Source: Chloroflexota bacterium (GTDB lineage: Bacteria; Chloroflexota; Dehalococcoidia; Lucifugimonadales; Australimonadaceae). From it: a stretch of DNA of 58,876 nt. The position numbers and the translations under genes are program-made. Below the pieces are notes generated by a model. It did not search any database and had not been told where the DNA came from. It worked only from the letters and a program-made list of their open reading frames with translations. The stretch spans positions 1 to 58,876 of the forward strand of contig JADFQE010000003.1 of assembly GCA_022561985.1 (NCBI GenBank), given 5' to 3'. This document shows, in pieces, positions 8,990 to 18,571 of the stretch (position 1 is the first letter of the stretch; each line of letters opens with the position of its first letter).

Positions 8990-10306
8990 ATGCGCGTCCT
9001 CCACTTCTCCGATGTCCACATCGGCGTCGAGAACTACGGCCGGCCCGCCACCGAGGCGGACGTCGCCGCGCTGCCGCCGCACTTCGCGCCGGGCGCGGAG
9101 CGCTCGGGCTTCGTCGGCATGCCGACGCGGCTGCTCGATTTCCTGACGGCCCTCGACGAGATGGTCGACTATGCGCTACGCGAAGGCGTCGACCTCGTGC
9201 TGTTCTCCGGCGACGCGTACAAGAGCCGCGACCCGTCGCAGACGCACCAGCGCGAGTTCGTCGGGCGCATCGCGCGCCTCGCCGAGGCCGGCATCGTGGT
9301 CTTCCTCACGCCCGGCAACCACGACCTCCCCCACGTCGCCAACCGTGCCTCGGCGCTCGATATCTTCCCGACGCTCCGCGTCGAGAACGTCGTCGCCGGC
9401 ACGACGCTCGCCACGTACCGCGTGGCCACGCGCGCAGGCGACGCGCAGGTCGTCGCGCTCCCCTGGATCCGCATCGGCGGTTTCATGGCGAAGGAGGAGA
9501 CGCGCGGCCTGAGCCTCGAAGAGATCAAGGTGGCGATCGAGGCGCGCATCACCGAGCACCTCGCCGACGAGGTTGCGCAGCTCGACCCGGCGCTCCCGGC
9601 GTTCCTGTGCGCGCACGTGAACATCGCGGGCGCGACGACGGCGTCCGAGCGCAGCATGATGCTCGGCAACGACCACGTCCTCGGCCTCGGCACCGTCGCG
9701 ATCCCGGCCTTCGACTACGTCGCGCTGGGCAACATCCACAAGCACCAGGTTCTCACCCAGAACCCAACCGTCGCCTACGCCGGGAGCCTGGAGCGCATCG
9801 ACTTCAGCGAGGAGCGCGAGGACAAGGGCTTCTGCGTGATCGACGTCGATCCCTCGAAGCCCCGCGGCGAGCGCATGAGCAGCTTCTCCTTCGTCCCCGT
9901 CGCCGCGCGGGCGATGCTGACCATCGACGTCGCGGTGCGCTCCGGCGAGGACCCCACCGACGCCGTGCTCGCCGCGATCGGCAAGCACGCCGGGTCAGGC
10001 TCGGGACAGGCGATCGAGGGGGCGATCGTGCGGGTGCGCGTGTCGATGGACGCGGAGCAGGAGCCGGCGTTCCGCGAGACGGCCGTGCGCCAGGCGCTCG
10101 CGGCCGCGCACTACGTCACCGGGATCGAGCGCAGCGTGCGGCGCGAAGCGCGCACGCGCCTCGGGACCGACGAGGCCGAGCGCCTCGGCCCGATCGAGGC
10201 CCTGCGGCGCTACCTCGGCTCGAAGAACACGCCGGCCGAGCGCGAGCGGGTGCTCATCGAGCGCGCGGAGGCGCTCATCCGCGAGGAGGTCGAGGGCGCG
10301 GAGTAG
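8990..10306 (+). CDS. SbcD/Mre11-family metallophosphoesterase nuclease
   Basis: MRVLHFSDVHIG, LVLFSGDAYKSRDP and LTPGNHDLP motifs. Confidence 0.8.
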   Translation: MRVLHFSDVHIGVENYGRPATEADVAALPPHFAPGAERSGFVGMPTRLLDFLTALDEMVDYALREGVDLVLFSGDAYKSRDPSQTHQREFVGRIARLAEAGIVVFLTPGNHDLPHVANRASALDIFPTLRVENVVAGTTLATYRVATRAGDAQVVALPWIRIGGFMAKEETRGLSLEEIKVAIEARITEHLADEVAQLDPALPAFLCAHVNIAGATTASERSMMLGNDHVLGLGTVAIPAFDYVALGNIHKHQVLTQNPTVAYAGSLERIDFSEEREDKGFCVIDVDPSKPRGERMSSFSFVPVAARAMLTIDVAVRSGEDPTDAVLAAIGKHAGSGSGQAIEGAIVRVRVSMDAEQEPAFRETAVRQALAAAHYVTGIERSVRREARTRLGTDEAERLGPIEALRRYLGSKNTPAERERVLIERAEALIREEVEGAE

Positions 10307-10340
10307 GGATCGCGACGGGCCAAGCAGCCCCGCGGCTTCA

Positions 10341-10799
10341 TCACGACACAAGCGCCGGCAGGTACTCGTCCAGGCAGTCGAAGTTCGAGTTCCAACCCGC
10401 GACGATGCCCACCCGCTCCTGCTCGCCGAGCTCGTCGGCAGATCTCTGCCGCATGGTGAGCTTCGTCTTGTCTCCAAGATCGTCGAACCGGTACGTCAAG
10501 ACCACCTTCTGCGGGGCGTCCCCACCCACCTCGAACTCGGCCGACGTCACGATCATCTCCGGCGGGACGATCTCGCGGAAGACGCCGCTCTGCGGGTACT
10601 CCGAGCCGTCGGGACCGAGCATGACGTATCGCCACCTCCCTCCGGGGCGCAGGTCCAGCTCATCGACGCGTGTGGTCATCCCATGCGGCCCCCACCACTT
10701 CGCGACGTGCTCGGGGTCCGTCCACGCCTTCCAGACAAGCTCCCGCGGCGCATCGAACACGCGCTCTATCACGATCTCGAAGCTATCCCCTTGCGTCAT
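10341..10799 (-). CDS. SRPBCC/AHSA1-domain protein
   Basis: The opening FEIVIERVFDAPRELVWKAWTDPEHVAKWWGP is typical of Aha1-like SRPBCC proteins. It overlaps and pairs with the ArsR regulator. Confidence 0.8.
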   Translation of the reverse strand: MTQGDSFEIVIERVFDAPRELVWKAWTDPEHVAKWWGPHGMTTRVDELDLRPGGRWRYVMLGPDGSEYPQSGVFREIVPPEMIVTSAEFEVGGDAPQKVVLTYRFDDLGDKTKLTMRQRSADELGEQERVGIVAGWNSNFDCLDEYLPALVS

Positions 10800-11145
10800 C
10801 CGGACCCTCCCTCTCTTTCTCTTTCCCCTTCATCTCCTGCAGGTACTCATCCAAGCGGCCGAACGCTCCCTCCCAGAAGGTGCGGTACCGCTCGATGTAG
10901 TCGGCGACCTCCGCGAGCGGCCCCGCCTCGATGCGCGACGGACGCCGCTGCCCATCCCGCCCGCGCGAGATGAGGCCCGCTCGCTCGAGCACCTTGAGGT
11001 GCTTCGAGATGGCCGGCTGGCTCATCCCGAAGGGCTCCGCCAGCTCCTTGACGGACGCTTCACCCGAAGCCAGCCGGGCAAGGATCGCCCGCCGGGTGGG
11101 GTCGGCAAGGGTTGCGAACGTGACGTCGAGGCTCGGGGGAGGCAT
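10783..11145 (-). CDS. ArsR/SmtB-family transcriptional regulator
   Basis: LADPTRRAILARLASGEASVKELAEPFGMSQPAISKHLKVLERAGLI winged-helix motif. Confidence 0.85.
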   Translation of the reverse strand: MPPPSLDVTFATLADPTRRAILARLASGEASVKELAEPFGMSQPAISKHLKVLERAGLISRGRDGQRRPSRIEAGPLAEVADYIERYRTFWEGAFGRLDEYLQEMKGKEKEREGPDDARG

Positions 11146-11167
11146 CTATCCATAACCTTTCAGTTGT

Positions 11168-11183
11168 ATAACTGGTAAGTTAT
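11168..11183. promoter_or_regulatory. candidate ArsR operator (ATAAC-N6-GTTAT inverted repeat)
   Basis: This is the only AT-rich patch in the divergent arsR / oxidoreductase intergenic region. An extra ATAAC half-site lies at 11152-11156. Confidence 0.35.
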
Positions 11184-11308
11184 GTGTAACAGCGGCCTCC
11201 TGTCAAGCCCGACGGCGCGCACGTGTTTGACACCCGGCACGCCCGGTGATACACACGGCGCCTCAGGCGAACCCCGCCCGCCAGGGCGGCCCAGTGAAGG
11301 AGCAACAC

Positions 11309-12589
11309 ATGGCGTCCAAGAGGACACTCGGCATCGCGATGGTCGGCATCGGCGTCGGCGGCACGGAGATGCTGCCCGCCTTCGAGCAGATGGAGGAGTT
11401 GGACCTCGTCGCCGGGGCCGACATCAACCCGACGACCCGCGAGCGGTTCACCGCCCGCTACGAGGCCGTCGCCTACGACAGCATCGAGAAGCTGTGCGAG
11501 GACAAGAACGTGGACGCGGTGTGGATCTCCACGCCCAACCGGTTCCACGCGCCCCACACGATCTACGCGCTGGAGCACGGCAAGCACGTCGTCGTCGAGA
11601 AGCCCATGGCCTTGAGCCTCGAAGAGGCGCAGTCGATGATCGACGCGGCCAAGCGCACGGGCAACATCCTGGTCGCCGGCCACACGCGCAGCTTCATCCC
11701 GCCCTTCCGCAAGATGTACAACATCATCCAGTCCGGTGACCTGGGCGCGGTCAGGACGGTCAACTTCTTCGCCTACACCGACTGGCTGCTGCGCCCGCGC
11801 GTCGCCGAGGAGCTCGACATGGCCCAGGGCGGGGGGCTCGTGTACCGCCAGGGCCCGCACCAGATCGACACCGTCCGGCTGCTGGCCGGCGGCATGGTCA
11901 AGAACGTCCGCGGCGTCGTGGGCCAGTGGATGCCGGAGCGGCCGATCCCCGGCTACTACTCGGCCATGTTCGAGTTCGAGAACGGCGTGTTCTCGACCAT
12001 CGTCCACAACTCCCACGGCTACTTCATGGGCGCGGCGCTCGTGCCCTGGGGCAACGACAAGCAGCGCTACGACGAGCCCGAGCGCATCGTCGTCCGCGAC
12101 GGCATGATCTCAGGGTCCCGCGACGAGGAGGCCGACAAGCAGGCGATCCGGATCGGCGGCGAGCGCGAGGTGGAGATCTTCAAGCGCGAGGGCGTGAACC
12201 GCGACCCCGCCGGCGACCCCTGGGTCCCCGGCGAGCCCGGCTTCGTGGTCGTCTCGTGCGAGCGCGGCGACATCACGCGCACGGCCTTCGGCATCATGAT
12301 CTACGACAACAAGGGCCACCACGAGATCGAGCTGAAGCCGCCCGACGGCTGGGCCATGAACCGGCGCGCCGAGCTCCAGGAGCTCTACGACGCAGTGGTG
12401 CACGGCGCGCCCGTCTACCACACGCCGGAGTGGGGCATGGCCACGCTGGAGGCGACCCTCGGCGTCATCGAGTCGGCCAAGACCGGCAAGCTGATCGAGA
12501 TGAAGCACCAGGTACCGGTGTCCCCCGACTACGGCGACGCCAAGATCTTCGACATGCCACCCGCCGACGCAGGCGTGCTACTGAAGTAA
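11309..12589 (+). CDS. Gfo/Idh/MocA-family NAD(P)-dependent oxidoreductase
   Basis: LGIAMVGIGVGG Rossmann N-terminus and a VVVEKPMALSLEEA motif. GAAGGAG lies upstream of the start. Confidence 0.8.
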   Translation: MASKRTLGIAMVGIGVGGTEMLPAFEQMEELDLVAGADINPTTRERFTARYEAVAYDSIEKLCEDKNVDAVWISTPNRFHAPHTIYALEHGKHVVVEKPMALSLEEAQSMIDAAKRTGNILVAGHTRSFIPPFRKMYNIIQSGDLGAVRTVNFFAYTDWLLRPRVAEELDMAQGGGLVYRQGPHQIDTVRLLAGGMVKNVRGVVGQWMPERPIPGYYSAMFEFENGVFSTIVHNSHGYFMGAALVPWGNDKQRYDEPERIVVRDGMISGSRDEEADKQAIRIGGEREVEIFKREGVNRDPAGDPWVPGEPGFVVVSCERGDITRTAFGIMIYDNKGHHEIELKPPDGWAMNRRAELQELYDAVVHGAPVYHTPEWGMATLEATLGVIESAKTGKLIEMKHQVPVSPDYGDAKIFDMPPADAGVLLK

Positions 12590-12620
12590 CCAGGGCACAG
12601 CCCTGGACCCACGAAAGGGG
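12590..12620. repeat. repeat family A copy
   Basis: CCAGGGCACAGCCCTGGACCCACGAAAGGGG, matching 5366-5419. Confidence 0.55.
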
Positions 12621-12666
12621 CACGCGTCGGAGACCGACAGATGTCGGCGTGCGCCCAGCAGGACGG

Positions 12667-12749
12667 CCGGAGCAGCGCGTGCCGCTTCAGTCCGGAGCCG
12701 TCCTTCGACAGGCTCAGGATGAGCGGATGGAGGAGCGTAGGCGCATAGT
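12667..12749. repeat. repeat family B, full copy
   Basis: CCGGAGCAGCGCGTGCCGCTTCAGTCCGGAGCCGTCCTTCGACAGGCTCAGGATGAGCGGAT..AGGCGCA.AGT. Near-identical to 43044-43126. Confidence 0.7.
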
Positions 12750-12777
12750 GAGCGTGAGGCCCCGCCCGGCAAGACGG

Positions 12778-12833
12778 CCGCAGCAGCGCGTGCCGCTTCA
12801 GTCCGGAGCCGGAGCAAAGCGTAGGCGCACAGT
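12778..12833. repeat. repeat family B, internally deleted copy
   Basis: It has the same 5' (..GCAGCAGCGCGTGCCGCTTCAGTCCGGAGCC) and 3' (GTAGGCGCACAGT) ends but lacks the central GTCCTTCGACAGGCTCAGGATGAGCGGAT segment. Confidence 0.65.
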
Positions 12834-12848
12834 TCTGGGAGGCAACCC

Positions 12849-13835
12849 ATGGCGTATCCACTGACACTGGCCTGCCGCAACTACGACCGCACGAGCCCCA
12901 TCCTGCGAGGCGATGTCTCGGTTCCGGGCGTGGAGCTCCGGCCGCGGGAGATGGCCAACCCCGGCGAGATCTTCACCGCGTTCTTCAACGGCGAGTTCGA
13001 CGCGGCGGAGATGTCCATGGCGGAGGTGGTCTACTACACCTCCCGGGGCGAGAACGACTTCCTGGCGATCCCCGTGTTCCCCTACCGGATGTTCAGGCAG
13101 GGGTACATGTTCTGCGGCGCCGACGCCCCCTTCGCGGGACCAGCGGACCTGAGCGGCAAGCGCGTGGCCTTCCCGCGCGTCGTCTTCACGGCGGGCGTCT
13201 GGATGCGTGGGATGCTCGTCGACGAATACGGCCTCTCGCCCGCCGACACCTCCTGGTACTACGGCACGATGCACCACTGGGACGCGGCCGCCGGCGAGGA
13301 GCTGACCCCGCGCGACGGCGCGGTGCTGCGGTGGATCTCCGAGGAGGGCCGCGCATCGGACGATGACGTCAAGCGCGCGCTGCTCGAAGGCGCGGTCGAC
13401 GCGCTGTGCACCACGCGCACGCCGCCCGAGACCGGCGGCAGGGTGAGGAGGCTCGTCGAGGACTTCCCTGCGGCCGAGGCCGAGTACTTCAAGCGGACGG
13501 GCATCTACCCGATCATGCACGTCATCGCGATACGGCGGTCGGTCATCGAGGCGCACCCGGAGCTGCCCGAAGCGCTGTTCGGCGCGTTCGTCGAGGCGAA
13601 GGCGCAGGCCACGAAGCGGATCGAGACCGACGCCAGCATCAGCCTGGTGTGGAAGGACCGCTACCTGGAGCACCAGCACGAGGTCTTCGCGGACGACCCG
13701 TGGGTCTACGGGCTGGAGAAGAACCGCCACGTCATCGCGAAGTTCCTCTCGTACGCCTACGACCAGGGCGTGAGCGCCCGCGAGATGAGCCCCGAGGAGC
13801 TGTTCTTCCCGAGCACGGTGGAGCTCGCGGAGTAG
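12849..13835 (+). CDS. NMT1/THI5-like periplasmic-binding-fold protein (4,5-dihydroxyphthalate decarboxylase-like)
   Basis: The N-terminus LTLACRNYDRTSPILRGDVSVPGVEL resembles proteins annotated as PhtD-like (recalled from memory). GGAGG lies upstream. Confidence 0.6.
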   Translation: MAYPLTLACRNYDRTSPILRGDVSVPGVELRPREMANPGEIFTAFFNGEFDAAEMSMAEVVYYTSRGENDFLAIPVFPYRMFRQGYMFCGADAPFAGPADLSGKRVAFPRVVFTAGVWMRGMLVDEYGLSPADTSWYYGTMHHWDAAAGEELTPRDGAVLRWISEEGRASDDDVKRALLEGAVDALCTTRTPPETGGRVRRLVEDFPAAEAEYFKRTGIYPIMHVIAIRRSVIEAHPELPEALFGAFVEAKAQATKRIETDASISLVWKDRYLEHQHEVFADDPWVYGLEKNRHVIAKFLSYAYDQGVSAREMSPEELFFPSTVELAE

Positions 13836-13896
13836 CCGGCCCCAGCAGACCGAGGGCCGGACGGCCCCTGCACGACGAGGAACCGGAGGAAGCACC

Positions 13897-15069
13897 ATGT
13901 CCGACGAATCGAGAGAGAGCCTGAGCACGATGGACCGGATCGACCCCTACTACCAGTGGCTCGCCGACGAGGGGCCGCGCGTCATCGAAGGCCTCTACTG
14001 CCGCGACGTCGGCGCTGCCGAGCTGGCGCCCTGGCCGCGCAAGGGCGTGGACGGCGCCGTCTTCAACTTCGACGGCTTCAAGGGCAACCCGAAGGGCAAC
14101 GACCTGCACATCATCGAGATCCCGGCGGGAGGGTCGACGAACCCCGAGCGCCACATGTACGAGGAGATCGTCTACGTCCACGCCGGCCGGGGAGCGACCT
14201 CCATCTGGCACGACGAGAAGGCCAAGCAGTCCTTCGAGTGGCAGACCGGCAGTCTCTTCGCCATCCCGCTGAACGCGCATTTCCAGCACTTCAACGCCAG
14301 CGGCGATCAGAAGGCGCGGCTGTTCTCGGTGACCACCGCTCCGACGACGCTGCGGCAGTTCCACTGGAACGAGGAGTTCATCTACGACTGCCCCATCGAC
14401 TTCACCGACCGCTACGGCCCCGAGGCGAACTACTACACGGCCGAGGGGACGATGTGGCGCAGCCGCAACAACCACGTGTGGGAGTCGAACTTCGTGCCCG
14501 ACGCGCCGAACATGCACCTGTTCGAGTGGAAGGAGCGCGGCGGTGGCGGGCGGAACGTCATGCTCCAGATGGGCGAGGGCAACCTGATCGCCCACATCTC
14601 GGAGTTCCAGGTCGGGACGTACAAGAAGGCGCACCGGCACGGCCCCGGCGCCTACCTCTACATCCTCGGCGGCGAGGGCTTCTCGCTGCTGTGGCAGGAC
14701 GGCGGGGAGGCTGAGCGGATGAAGGCCGACTGGGGAACGGGCAGCCTGTTCCTGGCGGGCGCCGGCGGCGGCGAGTGGTTCCACCAGCACTTCAACTCCG
14801 GGAAGAACCCGGCCCGGTACCTGGCCCTGCGCGGCGGCAACGGATCGTTCAAGTACGGCCCGAACGTCACCGGGGCCGGGCGGATGGCCGATGTGTCCAT
14901 CAAGGACGGCGGCATCCAGCTCGAGTACCAGGACGAGGACCCGGAGGTACACCGCATCTTCGAGGAGGAGGTGCGGGCCCACGGCGCCGAGTGCCGGATG
15001 AAGGCGCTCTCGCCGTATTGCACCGGCGAGACAGGCCCGACGGCCGAGGGCGAGTGGGGAGACGCTTAG
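13897..15069 (+). CDS. bicupin protein (gentisate-dioxygenase-like fold)
   Basis: Two cupin cores (NPERHMYEEIVYVHAGRG and AHRHGPGAYLYILGGEG). GGAGGAAG lies upstream. Confidence 0.65.
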   Translation: MSDESRESLSTMDRIDPYYQWLADEGPRVIEGLYCRDVGAAELAPWPRKGVDGAVFNFDGFKGNPKGNDLHIIEIPAGGSTNPERHMYEEIVYVHAGRGATSIWHDEKAKQSFEWQTGSLFAIPLNAHFQHFNASGDQKARLFSVTTAPTTLRQFHWNEEFIYDCPIDFTDRYGPEANYYTAEGTMWRSRNNHVWESNFVPDAPNMHLFEWKERGGGGRNVMLQMGEGNLIAHISEFQVGTYKKAHRHGPGAYLYILGGEGFSLLWQDGGEAERMKADWGTGSLFLAGAGGGEWFHQHFNSGKNPARYLALRGGNGSFKYGPNVTGAGRMADVSIKDGGIQLEYQDEDPEVHRIFEEEVRAHGAECRMKALSPYCTGETGPTAEGEWGDA

Positions 15070-15098
15070 GGGCAGCGACCAACCCCGTTCGCTGCGGG

Positions 15099-15857
15099 TC
15101 ACGAGGACGGGGCGATCAGCTCCTGCAAGGCTTCGCGGAGCTCGGCTTCCAGCAGGATGCCCGTGCGCTTGGCGACGAGTATCCCATCAGCCGTGAAGAC
15201 GAGCGTCGTCGGCATCCCCAGAACGGCGAACGAGCGCACCGGGTCCTCGGTGGCGAAGGCTGCCGGGTAGCTGATGTTGAGCTCGTCCAGCAAGGCGCGG
15301 GCGTCATCGTTGGAGCCCAGCCCCGTGAAGGGACCTATGTCGACTCCGACCAGCAGGAACCGGTCCCCCCAGTCGTCGTAGACCCGCTGGAATCCGGCCA
15401 TCTCGGCGCGGCACGGTGGGCAAAGTCCGGCCCAGAAGTTCAGGACCAAGGGCTTCGCGCGCCCGAGCAGCTGCGAGACGTCCAGCTCATCCGCACCCAG
15501 GACGTCCTGTCCTTGGTACGCGACCATGTGGAAGTCGGGCGCTCCGTCAGCCGCGGTTCCCCCGCCCTCGAGCTCCGCTGCCGCTGGCGTGGCGGTCGGG
15601 TCCGTGAGCGCCGGTGTCGGCGTCGAGTCTGCGCGTTCTGGAGCTAGCGGTGGTGTGGCGGGGTGGTCGGCGAGTGTCGGCGTAGGCGCCGCAGCTGCGG
15701 GCTGGGGGGTCGGCGTTGGCGTGGCGGCCGGCTCTGCCAGCGCAGTCGTGGCCTCCGAAGCCCCGCACGCAGCCGCGAGCAGCAGAACGAATGACGCCAC
15801 CACGAGAAGCGGTCCCCGTTTCCGAATCGTCGAGCCTCCCGGGCGCAGCACCCGCAT
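15099..15857 (-). CDS. TlpA/ResA-like thiol-disulfide oxidoreductase lipoprotein
   Basis: Signal peptide with lipobox LAAC, a Pro/Thr/Ala-rich linker, and a thioredoxin fold with WAGLCPPC. Confidence 0.8.
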   Translation of the reverse strand: MRVLRPGGSTIRKRGPLLVVASFVLLLAAACGASEATTALAEPAATPTPTPQPAAAAPTPTLADHPATPPLAPERADSTPTPALTDPTATPAAAELEGGGTAADGAPDFHMVAYQGQDVLGADELDVSQLLGRAKPLVLNFWAGLCPPCRAEMAGFQRVYDDWGDRFLLVGVDIGPFTGLGSNDDARALLDELNISYPAAFATEDPVRSFAVLGMPTTLVFTADGILVAKRTGILLEAELREALQELIAPSS

Positions 15858-15906
15858 GGCTATATACGCCCACGAAGCCAGAGCGGATCGCACCAACGAC
15901 AGCCCC

Positions 15907-18540
15907 TCACTCCCCCCCGGCGAGGCGCTGGAGCTCGGCGAGCTTGAGGAGCGCCTCGATGGGCGTGAGCGCATCGAGGTCGAGCGAGCGCAGCGCTTCG
16001 AGCGCGGCGGGGTCTTGTGCGGCCGCGGCGAAGAGGCCCAGGTCCGCCTGCACCGGCCCGCCCGGCAGGCGGCGGCTCTTCTGGCCACGCCGCCGGCCCA
16101 CGGCCTGCGGCTCCGCCTCGAGCGCGGCGAGCAGGCCGCGCGCCCGCTCGATGACGGGCTTGGGGAGCCCGGCGAGCTGCGCGACGTGGACCCCGTAGCT
16201 GCGGTCGGCGCCGCCCGGTGCGATGCGGTGCAGGAAGACGACGTCGCCGCCCTCCTCGGCGACCACCACGTTGTAGTTGCGCACGCGGGGAAGGCGGCCG
16301 GCGAGCTGCGTCAGCTCGTGGTAGTGGGTCGCGAAGAGCGTGCGGCAGCCCAGGTGCGGGTCGTTGTGCAGGTGCTCCGCCACCGCCTGGGCGATGGACA
16401 GACCGTCGTAGGTCGACGTGCCCCGGCCGATCTCGTCCAGGATCACCAGCGAGCGCTTCGTCGCCTGGTGCAGGATGGCGGCCGTCTCGAGCATCTCCAC
16501 CATGAACGTCGACTGCCCCGCGGCCAGGTCGTCCTGGATGCCGACGCGCGTGAAGATGCGGTCGACCAGCCCGACGCGCGCCTCATCTGCCGGGACGAAG
16601 CTGCCGACCTGCGCCATGAGCACGATCAGGGCCACCTGGCGCAGGTACGTCGACTTCCCGGCCATGTTCGGGCCGGTCAGGATCACGAGCTGCTCGTCGT
16701 CGGTGGAGAGCACGGTGTCGTTGGGCACGAATGACCCCGCGGGCAGGAAGCGCTCGACCACCGGGTGGCGCCCGCCCCTGATGACGAGCTCGGACGCTTG
16801 CCCTGGGTCCGCCTGCGGGTCGTCGAGCTCCGGGCGCACGTAGCCGTGGCGGACCGCCGCCTCCGCGAGCGCGACCAGCACGTCGAGGGAGGCCAGCGCA
16901 CCGGCCGTGCTCATGACCTCGGCCGCCGAGGCGGTGATCCGCCCGCACACCTCCCGGTACAGCGTGCCCTCGAGCTCCTCCATGCGCTCGCCGGCGTTGA
17001 GCACGCGGCTCTCGTACTCCTTGAGCTCGGGCGTGTAGTAGCGCTCCGCGTTGGTGAGCGTCTGGCGCCGGACGTACTCCTCCGGGACCCGGGCCAGGTG
17101 CGAGTTCGTGACCTCCAGGTAGTAGCCGAACACCCGGTTGTAGCCGACCTTGAGGTTCGGGATGCCCGTGCGCTCCCGCTCGCGCCGCTCCAGCCCAGCG
17201 ATGTACGTCCGCGCGTCCTGGGAGGCCGAGCGCAGCTCGTCGAGCTCGGCCGAGAAGCCCGCGCGCACGACACGCCCGCCGCCGACGTCGCCCTGCGGGT
17301 CGTCCTCGATGGCATCGGCGATCAGCGAGACGACGCCCTCGCACGGCGCCAGGCCGGCGGCGAGCCACGCGGGCCCGCCCCCCTCGTCCACGAGCGCGTT
17401 CAAGACCGGCACCTGCTCGAGGGAGCGGCGCAGCGCGACGACCTCGCGCGGGATGGCCACGCCCGCGCCGATGCGGTGCACCGCGCGCTCGACGTCCGCC
17501 ACCTGCTTGAGCGCGTCCTGGAGGTGCTGGCGCCGGACGCCCCCCTCGTGGGCCCAGGCGACCGCGTCCTGGCGCTCGCGCAGCTCGGCGAGGTCCAGCA
17601 GCGGCTGGCCCAGCCAGCGGCGCAGCGCCCGCGCGCCCATCGGCGTCTCCGTGAGGTCCAAGACGGCGAGCAGCGACTGCTCCCGCGAGCCCCAGCGCCC
17701 GCCCTCGAAGAGCTCCAGGTTCCTGCGCGTCTGCTGATCGAGCACCATGAACCCGGCGGTCGAATAGGCGCGCAGGCCGCGGAGCTGCACCAGCGACGCC
17801 CGGTGCGTCTCGTCCAGGTACCCGACGATGGCCCCGGCGGCCGCTGCGGCGAGCGGCATGTCCTCGATGCCGAACGCCTCCGCCGAGGCAGCGCCGAAGT
17901 GGTCGAGCAGCCGCCGCTTCGAGAACACCGATGGTGCGCGCCGCGTGATCGTGGGCCCGGCGTCGGCGGGGAACAGACCGGCGGCCGTCGCCTGGGCCAC
18001 GCTCTCGGCGACCAGCACCTCGGCGGGAGCCAGGCGCGCGAGCTCCTGCGGCGCATCGGCCAGCGCAACCTCGGTCGCGCCGAACTCGCCCGTCGTGACG
18101 TCGACGTAGGCGATGCCGGCCATCGCCTGTCCTGAGGCTGTCGGAGCGTCCCCGACCGCGACCGCGGCCAGGTAGTTGTTCGCGCCCGCCTCCAGCAGCC
18201 CCGGCTCGATGACCGTGCCGGGGCTCACGACGCGCACGATGTCGCGGTCGACGAGCTTGCGTCCGTCGGGCTCGGAGGTCTGCTCGCAGATGGCGACGCG
18301 GTGGCCCTTGCGGATGAGCTTGGCCAGGTAGCCGTCGAGGGCGTGGTAGGGGATGCCGGCGAGCGGCACGACCTCGCCCTGGCCCATGTCGCGCTGCGTC
18401 AGCACGATCTCCAGGTCGCGGGCGGCGATGCGGGCGTCGTCGTCGAAGGTCTCGTAGAAGTCGCCCATCCGGAACAGCAGGATCGCGTCCGGATGGCGCG
18501 CCTTCATCTCCAGGTACTGGGTGCGGACGGGCGTGGCCAC
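15907..18540 (-). CDS. mutS: DNA mismatch repair protein MutS
   Basis: MGDFYETF, Walker A TGPNMAGKST and FATHYHELT motifs. 877 aa. Confidence 0.95.
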   Translation of the reverse strand: MATPVRTQYLEMKARHPDAILLFRMGDFYETFDDDARIAARDLEIVLTQRDMGQGEVVPLAGIPYHALDGYLAKLIRKGHRVAICEQTSEPDGRKLVDRDIVRVVSPGTVIEPGLLEAGANNYLAAVAVGDAPTASGQAMAGIAYVDVTTGEFGATEVALADAPQELARLAPAEVLVAESVAQATAAGLFPADAGPTITRRAPSVFSKRRLLDHFGAASAEAFGIEDMPLAAAAAGAIVGYLDETHRASLVQLRGLRAYSTAGFMVLDQQTRRNLELFEGGRWGSREQSLLAVLDLTETPMGARALRRWLGQPLLDLAELRERQDAVAWAHEGGVRRQHLQDALKQVADVERAVHRIGAGVAIPREVVALRRSLEQVPVLNALVDEGGGPAWLAAGLAPCEGVVSLIADAIEDDPQGDVGGGRVVRAGFSAELDELRSASQDARTYIAGLERRERERTGIPNLKVGYNRVFGYYLEVTNSHLARVPEEYVRRQTLTNAERYYTPELKEYESRVLNAGERMEELEGTLYREVCGRITASAAEVMSTAGALASLDVLVALAEAAVRHGYVRPELDDPQADPGQASELVIRGGRHPVVERFLPAGSFVPNDTVLSTDDEQLVILTGPNMAGKSTYLRQVALIVLMAQVGSFVPADEARVGLVDRIFTRVGIQDDLAAGQSTFMVEMLETAAILHQATKRSLVILDEIGRGTSTYDGLSIAQAVAEHLHNDPHLGCRTLFATHYHELTQLAGRLPRVRNYNVVVAEEGGDVVFLHRIAPGGADRSYGVHVAQLAGLPKPVIERARGLLAALEAEPQAVGRRRGQKSRRLPGGPVQADLGLFAAAAQDPAALEALRSLDLDALTPIEALLKLAELQRLAGGE

Positions 18541-18571
18541 GGGCCGATTCTAGCGCAAGGGCTCGCCCTTG

